A stretch of 64,000 bases of DNA from a virus (IMGVR_UViG_3300037243_000030:2512-66511), one strand, 5' to 3'. Numbered from the stretch's first letter, positions 8,313 through 17,942 are shown. Numbers and translations: made by a program. Notes: generated by a model not told the origin, from the letters alone.

Positions 8313-8902
8313 TTAATCTCCCCCCTCACCATCGCGTACTCTTCCATAGCCCGCCAAATCAGTCGGGCGTCATTTTTTATAAACGCCGCATTTGCCCGGA
8401 TATGATATAAATACGCTAATAAAAACTCTTCTTTTGTTGGGTCAAACCCGGCTGTTTTTGTTGCGCCGATAGCGTTCTCGAACAGTGCAGGTACGTTCCC
8501 CGGCGAAAACAGGATCGCATTACTTAATATTACGTCCTGCATCGCCTCGCTGTATTTCGTCGCATCAAAACCGACTTTAAGCAATTCAGCAACTGCCGGC
8601 TGATAATACTGCATTTTTGCGTAATCCCGTTGAGCCTGCCCGAACAACGCAATATCGGAACTGGCCACGAATTTCCATGTAGCATTAAACGCCGCCGTCG
8701 GGGCCGTCAGGCCGTCGAATTTCGCGGCTAGGGGTTTATACTCCGAAATAGTCGCCATCCATTTAATGAACGCCTGGACCACTCCTGCGCCCGAATAGAA
8801 CTGGAACAATCCGTAACTGCCCTCACCGTGTGGTCCGTCGTTCGGGTTGATCGCGCCGACGTTATTGGATGCCTCAAACCTGCTGGAAATGTCGCCTAGC
8901 AT
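8309..8902 (-). CDS. Lysozyme-like muramidase (VgrG3 C-terminal-like)
   Basis: LGDISSRFEAS...GSYGLFQF pattern of catalytic Glu and lysozyme-like loop. Confidence 0.65.
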   Translation of the reverse strand: MLGDISSRFEASNNVGAINPNDGPHGEGSYGLFQFYSGAGVVQAFIKWMATISEYKPLAAKFDGLTAPTAAFNATWKFVASSDIALFGQAQRDYAKMQYYQPAVAELLKVGFDATKYSEAMQDVILSNAILFSPGNVPALFENAIGATKTAGFDPTKEEFLLAYLYHIRANAAFIKNDARLIWRAMEEYAMVRGEIK

Positions 8903-9408
8903 TGCTTGATCCTCCCCTCCACGGTTTTTATGGATTCGTCTCGTTGTGGGACTGGATCTTGTCCAGTTTTACATATTTTTTGCATAACCCAAACATCCGG
9001 CGTGGTGTAATGAATACCGGTCCCTGGCATACGGTGATGATCGACGCAGAGCATCATTTGGTTACGAACGTCATCCACTGTTGTTAGTGGCTCGTTAATC
9101 ATTTTGTGACTATAGCCGTAAATGTCGTGTTCCAGCAGGTAGGCTTTCAGCTTGTCGTAGTCAACCTCGTTCTGCTTACTCCACTCACAACCGTAATGAT
9201 GCTCTTCTATTTTTTCAGTGGCGCCACACACGTAACAATAATAAAAACCATCTTGTTTGATGGTTTTGCGTGCGTGTCTAAATTCGGCTGATTCTGTTCG
9301 CGGACCGTGACCACAGTCAATAATTACTTCTGTAAATGTGTGTTTCTCTATATGCTCCTCTACCATCTCACCCTCCAAAAAAATGTTTAACCTGTGGCCA
9401 GTAAGCAA
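8896..9408 (-). CDS. HNH-like/Zn-binding protein (likely start 9363)
   Basis: CYVC, EEHH, NQMMLCVDHH, GIH. Confidence 0.55.
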   Translation of the reverse strand: MLTGHRLNIFLEGEMVEEHIEKHTFTEVIIDCGHGPRTESAEFRHARKTIKQDGFYYCYVCGATEKIEEHHYGCEWSKQNEVDYDKLKAYLLEHDIYGYSHKMINEPLTTVDDVRNQMMLCVDHHRMPGTGIHYTTPDVWVMQKICKTGQDPVPQRDESIKTVEGRIKQC

Positions 9409-9730
9409 TTATCGTTGCAAGTGAAGCCCCTGCGCCGAACGCACCAACAATAAAAGTCAGCCGCCAATTTCTCTGCGTCTGACTCTCTACGATTGCCTCT
9501 TTTTTCCCCTCTTGTACGCCCGCATTTTTAGCCCGCGAAATTTCAATATCGCCTATTCGTCCATCAAAACCATCGTGTTCGTCTTGATTGTTTTGTTTAC
9601 AGCTAACGCAATACCTGTCCTGGGAATCCAGCCGACCTTTAATTTCACCGACAATTTCCCGGATTTCCCCCATGTCGGTACCCATCCGTTCGACGGCAGC
9701 TAATAATAATATCTCAGTGTTTGCGGTCAC
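9368..9730 (-). CDS. Putative holin-like protein
   Basis: Coiled-coil N-terminus and C-terminal TM helix; upstream of endolysins. Confidence 0.55.
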   Translation of the reverse strand: MTANTEILLLAAVERMGTDMGEIREIVGEIKGRLDSQDRYCVSCKQNNQDEHDGFDGRIGDIEISRAKNAGVQEGKKEAIVESQTQRNWRLTFIVGAFGAGASLATIIAYWPQVKHFFGG

Positions 9731-10103
9731 AACCTTTACCCTCCTGCTTCATTTTTATTTCGTCTACTGTACGAGCAATATGAAGCAGTGTCTTATAGTC
9801 TGCGTCGGCCTTGGCTTCATTGTGTGATTGGATCACATTCTGGCCGACAATGATGATGGGTAGTAATACCAGTTGGAGTACCGTTTGGGCGAGATAGGTT
9901 ACCCATACAAGGATACTTTGAGACGCGATAACTGGCGGCAACATAAGCAAATCAAGAATAAAAAAAGCATAGGCACACCACATTGTACCTACACCGTTTG
10001 TTATTTTAACTGCCAATCGTTCGTTAAAATTATTGACTTTCATAAAATGGTTTGGATGTCTTACTTCCGGATGCTCATTTTGTTGCACTCGCCCCACCTC
10101 CAC
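9714..10103 (-). CDS. DUF1003-like membrane protein
   Basis: NERLAVKITNGVGTMWCAY...QLVLLPIIIVGQN. Confidence 0.7.
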   Translation of the reverse strand: MEVGRVQQNEHPEVRHPNHFMKVNNFNERLAVKITNGVGTMWCAYAFFILDLLMLPPVIASQSILVWVTYLAQTVLQLVLLPIIIVGQNVIQSHNEAKADADYKTLLHIARTVDEIKMKQEGKGCDRKH

Positions 10104-10106
10104 TAA

Positions 10107-10125
10107 AATAGACGCTTTCGCGTCT
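10107..10125 (-). terminator. Hairpin/terminator after tail fibre block
   Basis: GACGC-GAAA-GCGTC followed by TATTTT. Confidence 0.45.
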
Positions 10126-10127
10126 TA

Positions 10128-10206
10128 TTACCATGTTGCTATCGCTTGAACGGCGCCCACAGTTGTTGCGGCCTCGCGCATGTGTATCCAATGGTGCCAC
10201 CGCACC
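10128..10206 (-). pseudogene. Vestigial tail-fibre assembly chaperone gene
   Basis: Strong SD AAGGAGGTG, then residual frame EAATTVGAVQAIATW* resembling the C-terminus of the 11768-12319 chaperone (IAPTVATVQAVPIS*). Confidence 0.5.
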
Positions 10207-10209
10207 TCC

Positions 10210-11754
10210 TTATAGTTCGGCTGTAAATGTCATAACTTGTGCAGCTCCGGTGGTTTGATATGCCGCAAAACCAAACGCATTGGTAATGCCAGCGGTATAA
10301 CCTGAACCACCCCCGGTTACTGTTGGCGTTGCTCTCATCGTGGAAGGGAATGTGTAACTTGTATAATATGATGTGGTTTGACCAACCCATACAGTCATAG
10401 ATAAAAAATACCGTTGACATAAAGCTAATTCGGTTTGTATCGGTAAAACTTCAAAAGGCGTGGCTACTGAGCTTTGCTCTAGCTGAACACCAGTGACATA
10501 AATATTGTCATCAGCACCGGCAGTACCACTAGGCGTGTAATAAAATTCGTACGCTATTTCAGTTTCACCGGCAGGGAGGGTGACGGTCTCCGTGAAACGC
10601 TGCCAAGATGTAGTCAAAGTATTAGCCTGAGTATTAGTAGCGTAACCTGTCCAGGTAGATATTGATGCGGTTCCCTGATCGGTTCCAGTGCCCGTGATAA
10701 TGGCTGAAGTTAGTGAACCTCCACTATAGTTAGCACCTTCTTTAGCATAAAAAGAAAGCGTTACTGTTTGCCCTTGAAGAGGGATGCAGTTAACACTTTC
10801 TATTTCTTGTCCGGCATACAAGATGCCGGTTGATGTCGCGCTACTATTTCGTCCAAGTTTAAGGCAATCCTGGAACCCTGCTGGGCCTATAGCTGATTGT
10901 GCCAAGATACCGGTCGCCGTTGTTGCTTCATACCCAAAAAATCTATCCACAGATATATATGTTGGTGCAGTAGTTAACGCGCCAGTTGTTCCACGTTGTG
11001 CAATTCGCATATCTCCGTTAATTAATTTATTACGAAAAGGTTGGGGGCCACTACTCCACGCAGGATTTGCGCTAGCTCCTTGGGTTTGTAGGACTTGTCC
11101 AGAAGTTCCAGGGATAAGATTAGTCCAAGCTGATCCATTATAATACACAATATCGCCCTGAACTGGGCTACCAGGCAATATAGCCGACGCAGACCATATA
11201 GGGTTGGCACTAGCACCTTGAGTCTGCAAATAATACCCGGAAGTTCCTGGTGCCAATACAACCCAAAAGGTTCCGTTGTAATACATGATGTCGCCCTGAA
11301 CCGGACTTGACGGCGCTGGCAAAAAATAAGACGCTGCATTACCATTCAAATATTGGGCGTTTAAATTTGGCACTACTGTATTAGATGTAATAACAAACGG
11401 CGCAGTGCCACTGGCTACCGTCGATGTTATTTGTCCGCTAAATGTAGCGCCTGAAAAATTATTCCATAATATTGTTCCATCGCCCGCCAGCGTACCCAAT
11501 ACATCACTGCTTGTAGCGTTAGCATTAGCTTGCATTACTTGATTGGTTGTGGTATTAATCCAAATTTGATACGGATATAATGGGTTTGGCGCTGTCGTCC
11601 CGGCAAATAATGTAACCAAGGATTGTAGGGCATTATTGAACCCCATCCTGACTTGGTAACCAGAGCCGTCATTGACGACAATGGGGTTCTGTGTTGCTTG
11701 TGCTAACGGGGATAATGCTAGTAAAAAAACTAAAAGTAGTATAAATTTTTTCAT
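10210..11754 (-). CDS. Tail-fibre-like protein with N-terminal signal peptide
   Basis: MKKFILLLVFLLALSPLAQA; fibre-like N-domain (FNNALQSL..LFAGTTAP); 2x GDI.YYNG..W repeat; RNKLINGDMRIAQRG...DRF carbohydrate-binding-like C-domain. Confidence 0.8.
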   Translation of the reverse strand: MKKFILLLVFLLALSPLAQATQNPIVVNDGSGYQVRMGFNNALQSLVTLFAGTTAPNPLYPYQIWINTTTNQVMQANANATSSDVLGTLAGDGTILWNNFSGATFSGQITSTVASGTAPFVITSNTVVPNLNAQYLNGNAASYFLPAPSSPVQGDIMYYNGTFWVVLAPGTSGYYLQTQGASANPIWSASAILPGSPVQGDIVYYNGSAWTNLIPGTSGQVLQTQGASANPAWSSGPQPFRNKLINGDMRIAQRGTTGALTTAPTYISVDRFFGYEATTATGILAQSAIGPAGFQDCLKLGRNSSATSTGILYAGQEIESVNCIPLQGQTVTLSFYAKEGANYSGGSLTSAIITGTGTDQGTASISTWTGYATNTQANTLTTSWQRFTETVTLPAGETEIAYEFYYTPSGTAGADDNIYVTGVQLEQSSVATPFEVLPIQTELALCQRYFLSMTVWVGQTTSYYTSYTFPSTMRATPTVTGGGSGYTAGITNAFGFAAYQTTGAAQVMTFTAEL

Positions 11755-11767
11755 GCTTTACCTCCAG

Positions 11768-12319
11768 TTACGAAATTGGAACTGCTTGAACAGTAGCCAC
11801 CGTGGGTGCGATCATAACCTGTGCTATAAGTGCGGCCTGTCTGTCAAAATATGGTTGCATATATTCAGAACAGAGAATCGGTATTTGAATAATTTCAGCA
11901 GCAGTAAGCACCTGAGTAGACCCACTCGCAAAAGTAATGGAGAATGTAAAAGTTGTGTCAGATTGTGCTTTTCTCTCCGCAAACAAAAACCTTACACCAG
12001 TAACTATGTCAGAAGGAATTGTTTGTGGGTTACCGTTGCTATCAATAAAAGGGATGCCGCTATTCTCAATATTATTGACATACGCCTTTATTGCGGCGAT
12101 TTGTATAGCCTGCGCCTGTGCTAAGGTGATCGCTGAAGGCCAAACAGTGGCAGCCGTAAACACGCCGTTGACGACTGTATACTGGCCAGGGTTACTGTAA
12201 GATGCCTGGTGTTGTGCCTCGGTGATCTCAATATTTGGCGTAGGAATCGAAGTATATTGAGTTGTATCGGGATAATAACCCGTGATATTACCCTTTGAAT
12301 CATAAGTTACAGTTACCAC
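11768..12319 (-). CDS. Tail fibre assembly protein (DUF4376-like)
   Basis: YDSKGNITGYY, EITEAQHQ, C-terminal helical TVATVQAV; follows the fibre gene. Confidence 0.7.
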   Translation of the reverse strand: MVTVTYDSKGNITGYYPDTTQYTSIPTPNIEITEAQHQASYSNPGQYTVVNGVFTAATVWPSAITLAQAQAIQIAAIKAYVNNIENSGIPFIDSNGNPQTIPSDIVTGVRFLFAERKAQSDTTFTFSITFASGSTQVLTAAEIIQIPILCSEYMQPYFDRQAALIAQVMIAPTVATVQAVPIS

Positions 12320-12332
12320 GCTAGATCCCCCT

Positions 12333-12977
12333 TTAACATCCTATTGCAAACCACGTGAAACCTCCGCCACTATATACCAAATTATTATAAGTAATTGTAT
12401 AACACACAAATTGAGTAACAGATAATTCAGACACTTCACTAAACGCGCTTATCGACGGAAATGTTGCACTTCCAGTAACTGTTGTGTTCACAGATAGACA
12501 CGTATTAGGAAAGGCTATTGGGAATACAACAGTTCCAACCCCACCAGAATTAGTAACTGATGTTCCCCACTGGATAATTAATCCACCAGGTAATTTTTGA
12601 TAACCGTTAGCTGTCATTGATGCTAAAAACTGTCCCATATTTACCGCATCGCCTGAATTAACACCAGCCAACATATTGGTAATTTTATTAGACTGTGCGC
12701 TGATTCCGCCTGCTTGGTTTATTGCAATAATATTAGTTAAAACAGCTTCCAAAGCTGTAAAACTAGAATCGGAAACCGCATAACCTAAATTTGCTAAAAC
12801 TGTAGCAAAAGCAGCAACAAAAGTCGATGATTGAAACAAAACTTTATTCATCATATTTGACGGACAAATACCCGACACAAAGCCGCCCGTTTGTTGGGAA
12901 CTGCCATCATATGTAACATCTGTGGCTATGTTAGCCGCCGTACTATCGAATTGTTTGAAGTTTGTCGATCCGGCCAT
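12333..12977 (-). CDS. Short tail fibre protein (gp53-like C-terminus)
   Basis: NGYQKLPGGLIIQWG...FPIAFPN motif. Confidence 0.8.
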   Translation of the reverse strand: MAGSTNFKQFDSTAANIATDVTYDGSSQQTGGFVSGICPSNMMNKVLFQSSTFVAAFATVLANLGYAVSDSSFTALEAVLTNIIAINQAGGISAQSNKITNMLAGVNSGDAVNMGQFLASMTANGYQKLPGGLIIQWGTSVTNSGGVGTVVFPIAFPNTCLSVNTTVTGSATFPSISAFSEVSELSVTQFVCYTITYNNLVYSGGGFTWFAIGC

Positions 12978-12990
12978 TTATTTCCCTCCT

Positions 12991-13662
12991 TTAAGTCAAT
13001 ACCACCCACGACCCAACGTCACATCCCGCAACATATGCGTCTTCAACGTCAAATCCAAACGCCGGTAATGTGCCAAATACGTAATTAACCAAGACCCCTG
13101 CAGGGCGCGGAACAATATAGCCATTGGTGATTAAATCGTGGATATTCGAACTAAAAATACCTGCTATAATTACATTCATCGTCATGTTTTGGTTGTCTTG
13201 AAGAACAATAATTCCATCAGGAAATAATAGTGACCACGCGGTATATAATGAAGGAATAGTCCCGTCCCAGGTGTTTTTTATAATAGTGGCTTTTAATAAC
13301 ACTTGGTAATCACTATCTGAAAGAGTCGGACTTGATCCGTTGGTCGGGCTAAAATTAACCGTTCTGGATTGTCCGATTAATTGCCCGATAAAATCAAGTT
13401 GTGGGCCAACTGCATTGTCAATATCAAAATAAAAATACATATTAGCCGCCAATGTTGCAGCATCGTTAAAAGGTGTTAAGAGCACCTGCAACCACGCCAT
13501 AAATAGAGGTTTGTTTTGATATTCACTTGTTGGTAAGGATAAATAATATGTCATTGCAATGTATCCGGGATATTGGTCTACATCAACAATAGAATCAAAA
13601 TCTATAACATCATTTATAGTGTTTTGCCACATTTGACTTAAAGGAGTTGGAGGTGTAATCAT
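12991..13662 (-). CDS. Baseplate protein DUF2612-like
   Basis: FDIDNAVGPQLDFIGQLIG; LLKATIIKNTWDGT; VPRPAGV. Confidence 0.85.
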   Translation of the reverse strand: MITPPTPLSQMWQNTINDVIDFDSIVDVDQYPGYIAMTYYLSLPTSEYQNKPLFMAWLQVLLTPFNDAATLAANMYFYFDIDNAVGPQLDFIGQLIGQSRTVNFSPTNGSSPTLSDSDYQVLLKATIIKNTWDGTIPSLYTAWSLLFPDGIIVLQDNQNMTMNVIIAGIFSSNIHDLITNGYIVPRPAGVLVNYVFGTLPAFGFDVEDAYVAGCDVGSWVVLT

Positions 13663-13671
13663 AATGCCCTC

Positions 13672-14874
13672 CTACGACACAGAAGCCAATGAAATATTAG
13701 CCACTGCACCTTGTGAAGCATAATTATAAGCAATCGTAATATCTGCGGTCCCCGTAGGACTCGGGGCAATCCCGGAATACACCGAACGAACGGTAAATAT
13801 CGGACTGTTAATATTGGGGTTGGCCATCATTGCGACAGCGTTAAGAGCATCGTTTAAAACGGATTGACCGATTGCCAGTGAATTAAGATAATTGGCTACT
13901 GCCGTCTGAATTGCCGCCTGAACTGCGGCTGTATAAGCTGTCGTATTAATAACGTGAACATTTACAATTGCGTAAATCGGCGTATAACCCAGAGTATAAT
14001 AACTGATTGGTGTTATATTGCCGTATTGGTCTGTTATATTAGTGGTCGTGCTGCCGTTCGTATAGGCTCCAGGTGTTTTCTTGGACCATATCGCGTTCGC
14101 AATCGCCGCCGACGTGGCGCTACCTTCAACAACCGCCGTTATTGAATGTGCCGGTAGCCCGAATCCGTTGGGGTCTGTTCCAGTTGAATTAGTAGGATTC
14201 TCATATACGATGTTCCGTTCAACCCCTGTTAGATTAGCTATATCCGCCTGTACGCCGTTTAACGGGCTATTGGACGCTATACCTGTACTGACTGTTTGCC
14301 GCGCCCTGAAGGCCGAGTCTGCTTCTGTGGGTTGCCCCGGTGTAGCGGGTCCGGTATTCGTGAACGAAGTCCAGCCATAAGTCGGTGTTGCAATATTTGA
14401 GATTGTTCCGGCAGCGGCGTTAATTGCTCCTGATGTTTCGCAAGTTACTGTTACAATTACCGTCCCGCCGCCGCCGATTGTGACCGGGGAAGGCAAGTCC
14501 CACGTATTGCCAGCGGGGTCCGTAACTTTGCCGCCAGTTATTACGGCGCCCGCTGTTCCGGTGACTAATCCTGTAGGGCATGTCGAATATGTAGGAACCT
14601 TGCGTTTAATACCGTTCAGTTTATACAACGCGTCCTGCCCGGCTCCAATGGCTGACTGGGCACCGAAAGAGTTATAGACTAATTGGAGGCCAGAATTACA
14701 GTCAGCGGCTATGGTTGCAATTATCGCTAACTGCTGGTAATCGGCGGCGTCATTTCCAAGATAGACGCTGGAGCCAAAAATCGCCTGCGCGTTGCTTGTG
14801 TAGTAAGCCAATATATCTGTGAAAGAATTTATGTGTAATCCGCTGGAATCAATACTTGGTGCTTGGTACGTCAT
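13672..14874 (-). CDS. Baseplate J/gp47 family protein
   Basis: AIGAGQDALYKLNGIKRK, G.INAAAGTI..I.TP..GW, EADSAFRARQ. Confidence 0.9.
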   Translation of the reverse strand: MTYQAPSIDSSGLHINSFTDILAYYTSNAQAIFGSSVYLGNDAADYQQLAIIATIAADCNSGLQLVYNSFGAQSAIGAGQDALYKLNGIKRKVPTYSTCPTGLVTGTAGAVITGGKVTDPAGNTWDLPSPVTIGGGGTVIVTVTCETSGAINAAAGTISNIATPTYGWTSFTNTGPATPGQPTEADSAFRARQTVSTGIASNSPLNGVQADIANLTGVERNIVYENPTNSTGTDPNGFGLPAHSITAVVEGSATSAAIANAIWSKKTPGAYTNGSTTTNITDQYGNITPISYYTLGYTPIYAIVNVHVINTTAYTAAVQAAIQTAVANYLNSLAIGQSVLNDALNAVAMMANPNINSPIFTVRSVYSGIAPSPTGTADITIAYNYASQGAVANISLASVS

Positions 14875-14884
14875 TAGGCACCTC

Positions 14885-15277
14885 CTATGCGTTGCTCACC
14901 GTAACCGTAGTTGAAAAAGCCGTTGTAACTGTGCAGGTAAATTGGTATGTCCTGCTGGAAGAATTAAACGAGGATGAAAATGACGAAATCCCCGTAACGT
15001 TTGCCGTCCCGAGGATTCTTGTTTGGAATAAATTATCGACTATTTTTTTATTGGAACCGGAGGTTCCCAGTATTTGCTGCCATAGCGGTAACCCGTCTGT
15101 GATTGACAGGAACCATTCACCGTAAAACAGCATCAAACGGGTTTTGATCGCTTGAGCAACGGCAGCAGCTCCAGTTAAAAAGCCTTGGCCTGGACCACAG
15201 CCGAATGTATAGTCGCCTGATGGCGATAATGCTCGGTAAGTCATTGACGCCATGTTTTTCTCTCCCCTCCTTGTCAT
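14885..15277 (-). CDS. Baseplate wedge protein (gp46/gp25-like)
   Basis: YRALSPSGDYTFG...QAIKTRLMLFYGEWFL...GLP. Confidence 0.75.
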   Translation of the reverse strand: MTRRGEKNMASMTYRALSPSGDYTFGCGPGQGFLTGAAAVAQAIKTRLMLFYGEWFLSITDGLPLWQQILGTSGSNKKIVDNLFQTRILGTANVTGISSFSSSFNSSSRTYQFTCTVTTAFSTTVTVSNA

Positions 15278-15299
15278 TTTATGGAATTATGCATATAAT
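15271..15299 (+). promoter_or_regulatory. Sigma-A promoter of moron
   Basis: TTGTCA-N17-TATAAT. Confidence 0.8.
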
Positions 15300-15328
15300 A
15301 CAGTTAACCGGAAATAATAAATTTTGAG

Positions 15329-15976
15329 GTGTTGAATATGAGGAAAATAATTTTAATATTATTGCTTTTAATATTGCCATTATCTATTTGTCATGCGGGG
15401 CAGTATTACGATGACGCTCGATTACCATTAATATTAATTACATCAAATAACGACAGGGATATTTATATAACTGTTGATGAGTTTCAACGTATTGTTAATG
15501 ATATTAGACAGAATGGAAACATATCAGCAGAATGTTTTGACTTTATTTTTGTATATAAAAACGAACAAGCAAGGGAAGACGCTGTACAATCAGCAAAAAA
15601 TATGATTAATCAAGAAAACGAAAGAGTACAACAAATTTTTAATAAAAATGGGGCCGATTATTATACAGCAGCAGATGTGCCAAATCAATTTCTTATTCTT
15701 CACCCAGTTGATAATCTAACTTGCATTGATATAGTTATGACATATGCTAAAAACAGTGCAGGCGAGGAATATACTGATACAACACAAATTGCTTTTATGA
15801 ATCCACCATACAATAAAAGCTATTATTTATTACCTACCGATGATCTAACTTGTAATTCTTATATACCTAACGATGGATTGTTAGCTCTCTATAAAAACGA
15901 ATTTCATAAATATAGTAAAATTACTCCCTTTACTCAAAATCTAATTAGCTTAGTTATAAAAAAAGCTATGGGCTAA
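15329..15976 (+). CDS. Exported moron protein, opposite to the tail operon
   Basis: Signal peptide MRKIILILLLLILPLSICHA; AT-rich; own promoter. Confidence 0.8.
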   Translation: MLNMRKIILILLLLILPLSICHAGQYYDDARLPLILITSNNDRDIYITVDEFQRIVNDIRQNGNISAECFDFIFVYKNEQAREDAVQSAKNMINQENERVQQIFNKNGADYYTAADVPNQFLILHPVDNLTCIDIVMTYAKNSAGEEYTDTTQIAFMNPPYNKSYYLLPTDDLTCNSYIPNDGLLALYKNEFHKYSKITPFTQNLISLVIKKAMG

Positions 15977-16572
15977 ACAACCCCACCAGTATTACTACCG
16001 CCAGATTGCACTCCTGAGTGAGTATGCGCCATAAAACTTCGATTCATAATATTTACGGTACCACCAAGAATATTAATAGTGGTGCCGTTCATTTCAATAA
16101 TAGCTGCACCAGCAGCGTTTCTTATTTGAAATGTATTCGTAACACCTGTTAACGAATTGGGAATTGAAATCCGGCAGGGATAAAAAACAGCGTCGCTCAA
16201 ATCATGGCGACGCTTTTCTACTTGATTTTGTATGCCGCCCGATTGCCAGAAGGCATCATAACATTTGTCTTGATAAACTATAATTCCTTCGTCACCAACG
16301 TTTAAGGGCCATGTTATGGCATACCCTCCGCCTCCGGGATATATCACAGGAACATTAATCAAAATCGGCAGTTGTACGTGAGATATATTGCCGTTAATAT
16401 TAAGTCGTTCTCTTATTGCTGGTTGGACAGTACATGTGGCGGGGGGGCCAGGACTAAACGACTGTATAATTCCCGGCTCTGAAACCCGCATATCAAAAGC
16501 ATGTTGATCTAATGCCTTTTTCTGAATTTCTTCTGGCATCATCATCAGTTCCGGTAAAGTTACGTGTGGCAT
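15973..16572 (-). CDS. Gp138-like baseplate spike/puncturing protein
   Basis: PGIIQSF, VQPAI, GDEGIIVYQDKC, RRHDLSDAVF, C-terminal HTH metal-binding tip (HTHSGVQSG). Confidence 0.85.
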   Translation of the reverse strand: MPHVTLPELMMMPEEIQKKALDQHAFDMRVSEPGIIQSFSPGPPATCTVQPAIRERLNINGNISHVQLPILINVPVIYPGGGGYAITWPLNVGDEGIIVYQDKCYDAFWQSGGIQNQVEKRRHDLSDAVFYPCRISIPNSLTGVTNTFQIRNAAGAAIIEMNGTTINILGGTVNIMNRSFMAHTHSGVQSGGSNTGGVV

Positions 16573-16583
16573 AGGTATTCCTC

Positions 16584-17576
16584 CTAGTTCGGAGATTTAT
16601 CTAATAAATACGGCAGCGCTCCTTGTGGCGTCATCGCCAGTGCTTCCGTATACCAATCATTCCCCCGAGTATCACCATAATGAGATACTTTTACAACTTT
16701 GTAACTACCCGAACTCAAGATATATGGCAATTGTTGGCTTCCATATTGTACTTCTTGTTCATTAATCTGCACTTTACTATCAAAAGTAATATCCATAGGG
16801 GGCCAAGCAAGAACTATTGATGGATTCATTAAAACCTTGAATTGCACTCCTGCATCCACTTGTTCCGGATAGCCAATTAACCCCCCGATTGGAGGAAGGT
16901 ATATTATTAACGACTGTCCTGGTGGCACGTTGCAATAAGAAACTATGTTCATTTGACCATCAGAGAACCAAAACTGAGAGTTGTTATCCTGTGCGATATC
17001 TCGAAATACCTTAGAAGGATCTGCAAATATTACTTTTCCTCTAGGTAGTTGTTTTGATTGAAGATTAGCCATAAGAGTACCTAATGGTATTGGTGTTACT
17101 GCTTGATTAGCAACGCCCTGAACAACGGCCTGCTGGTCAACACCGGCAGCAAATGTCAGTGATGCGTAATTGTTTCCATATATTAAAGATAGACCATCAA
17201 TACAGTTTAAGATTAATTTATTATCTATCGCGTTTTCGTGCATTACTCTAGTCTGAAAAACTTCCCCCGTAAAAATCCTACCATAGTTTCCATTTTGATA
17301 ACCGGCCTGAATAACAATTGTCCCTACCGCTGGCGAAAACCCTTGAGTCGGAGGAATTATCGAATTTATAGTTTGGGCATTTAAATTCCACACAGTAACT
17401 TCAGCGAACATTATAGCCTGATATCCAGGGCGTTCAATCCGAAATGTAGCATGTGGGGCATAAATACCAAATTCATCAGAAGTTAATGTGATCGCCTGTC
17501 CACCGTTTGCTGGAATAAAAGCTATATGCCACTTACGCCCCCATGCAGAATCCAAATCACTTGCATTTACCGCCAT
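16584..17576 (-). CDS. Baseplate hub protein
   Basis: AEVTVWNLN, IQAGYQNGNYGRIFTG, GDTRGNDWYT. Confidence 0.8.
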   Translation of the reverse strand: MAVNASDLDSAWGRKWHIAFIPANGGQAITLTSDEFGIYAPHATFRIERPGYQAIMFAEVTVWNLNAQTINSIIPPTQGFSPAVGTIVIQAGYQNGNYGRIFTGEVFQTRVMHENAIDNKLILNCIDGLSLIYGNNYASLTFAAGVDQQAVVQGVANQAVTPIPLGTLMANLQSKQLPRGKVIFADPSKVFRDIAQDNNSQFWFSDGQMNIVSYCNVPPGQSLIIYLPPIGGLIGYPEQVDAGVQFKVLMNPSIVLAWPPMDITFDSKVQINEQEVQYGSQQLPYILSSGSYKVVKVSHYGDTRGNDWYTEALAMTPQGALPYLLDKSPN

Positions 17577-17585
17577 TTTCTCACC

Positions 17586-17933
17586 TCAAGCTGCCGGAGT
17601 ATCATACCAGATCGTAACGAAATCCGACCCCAAATTTGTGTTATCTGGGTAATCTTCTGGGCAGTTGTCTATGTTAAAGATATACATACTTCCTATTCCC
17701 AAGTAAGCATATTGACCAAGAATATTACCAGTAGGGTAATCACCCGTAACCAGTGGAATAGAGTCTAAAATAATAGCAAGCGTATTTGGATTGGTAATTG
17801 TCATACTCCAATACCCTGCCACTCTGTTATATACAAGAGTAATCATCAAAGATACATTTACGCCGTTAATACTGCCTGTTACTGTTCGTGTCTGGTTTGG
17901 CGTCGTAGTAAGCGGGATAATCTGTGCTGCCAT
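17586..17933 (-). CDS. Small baseplate protein (DUF6983/plug-like)
   Basis: IIPL..TPNQT...YNRVAGYW...IPLVTG; synteny. Confidence 0.65.
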   Translation of the reverse strand: MAAQIIPLTTTPNQTRTVTGSINGVNVSLMITLVYNRVAGYWSMTITNPNTLAIILDSIPLVTGDYPTGNILGQYAYLGIGSMYIFNIDNCPEDYPDNTNLGSDFVTIWYDTPAA

Positions 17934-17942
17934 ATTATCCTC

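Noticed and set aside
10210-12977. Diversity-generating retroelement on the tail fibres
   Set aside because: No reverse transcriptase and no template/variable repeat pair with A-specific differences; the internal fibre repeat differs at all base types
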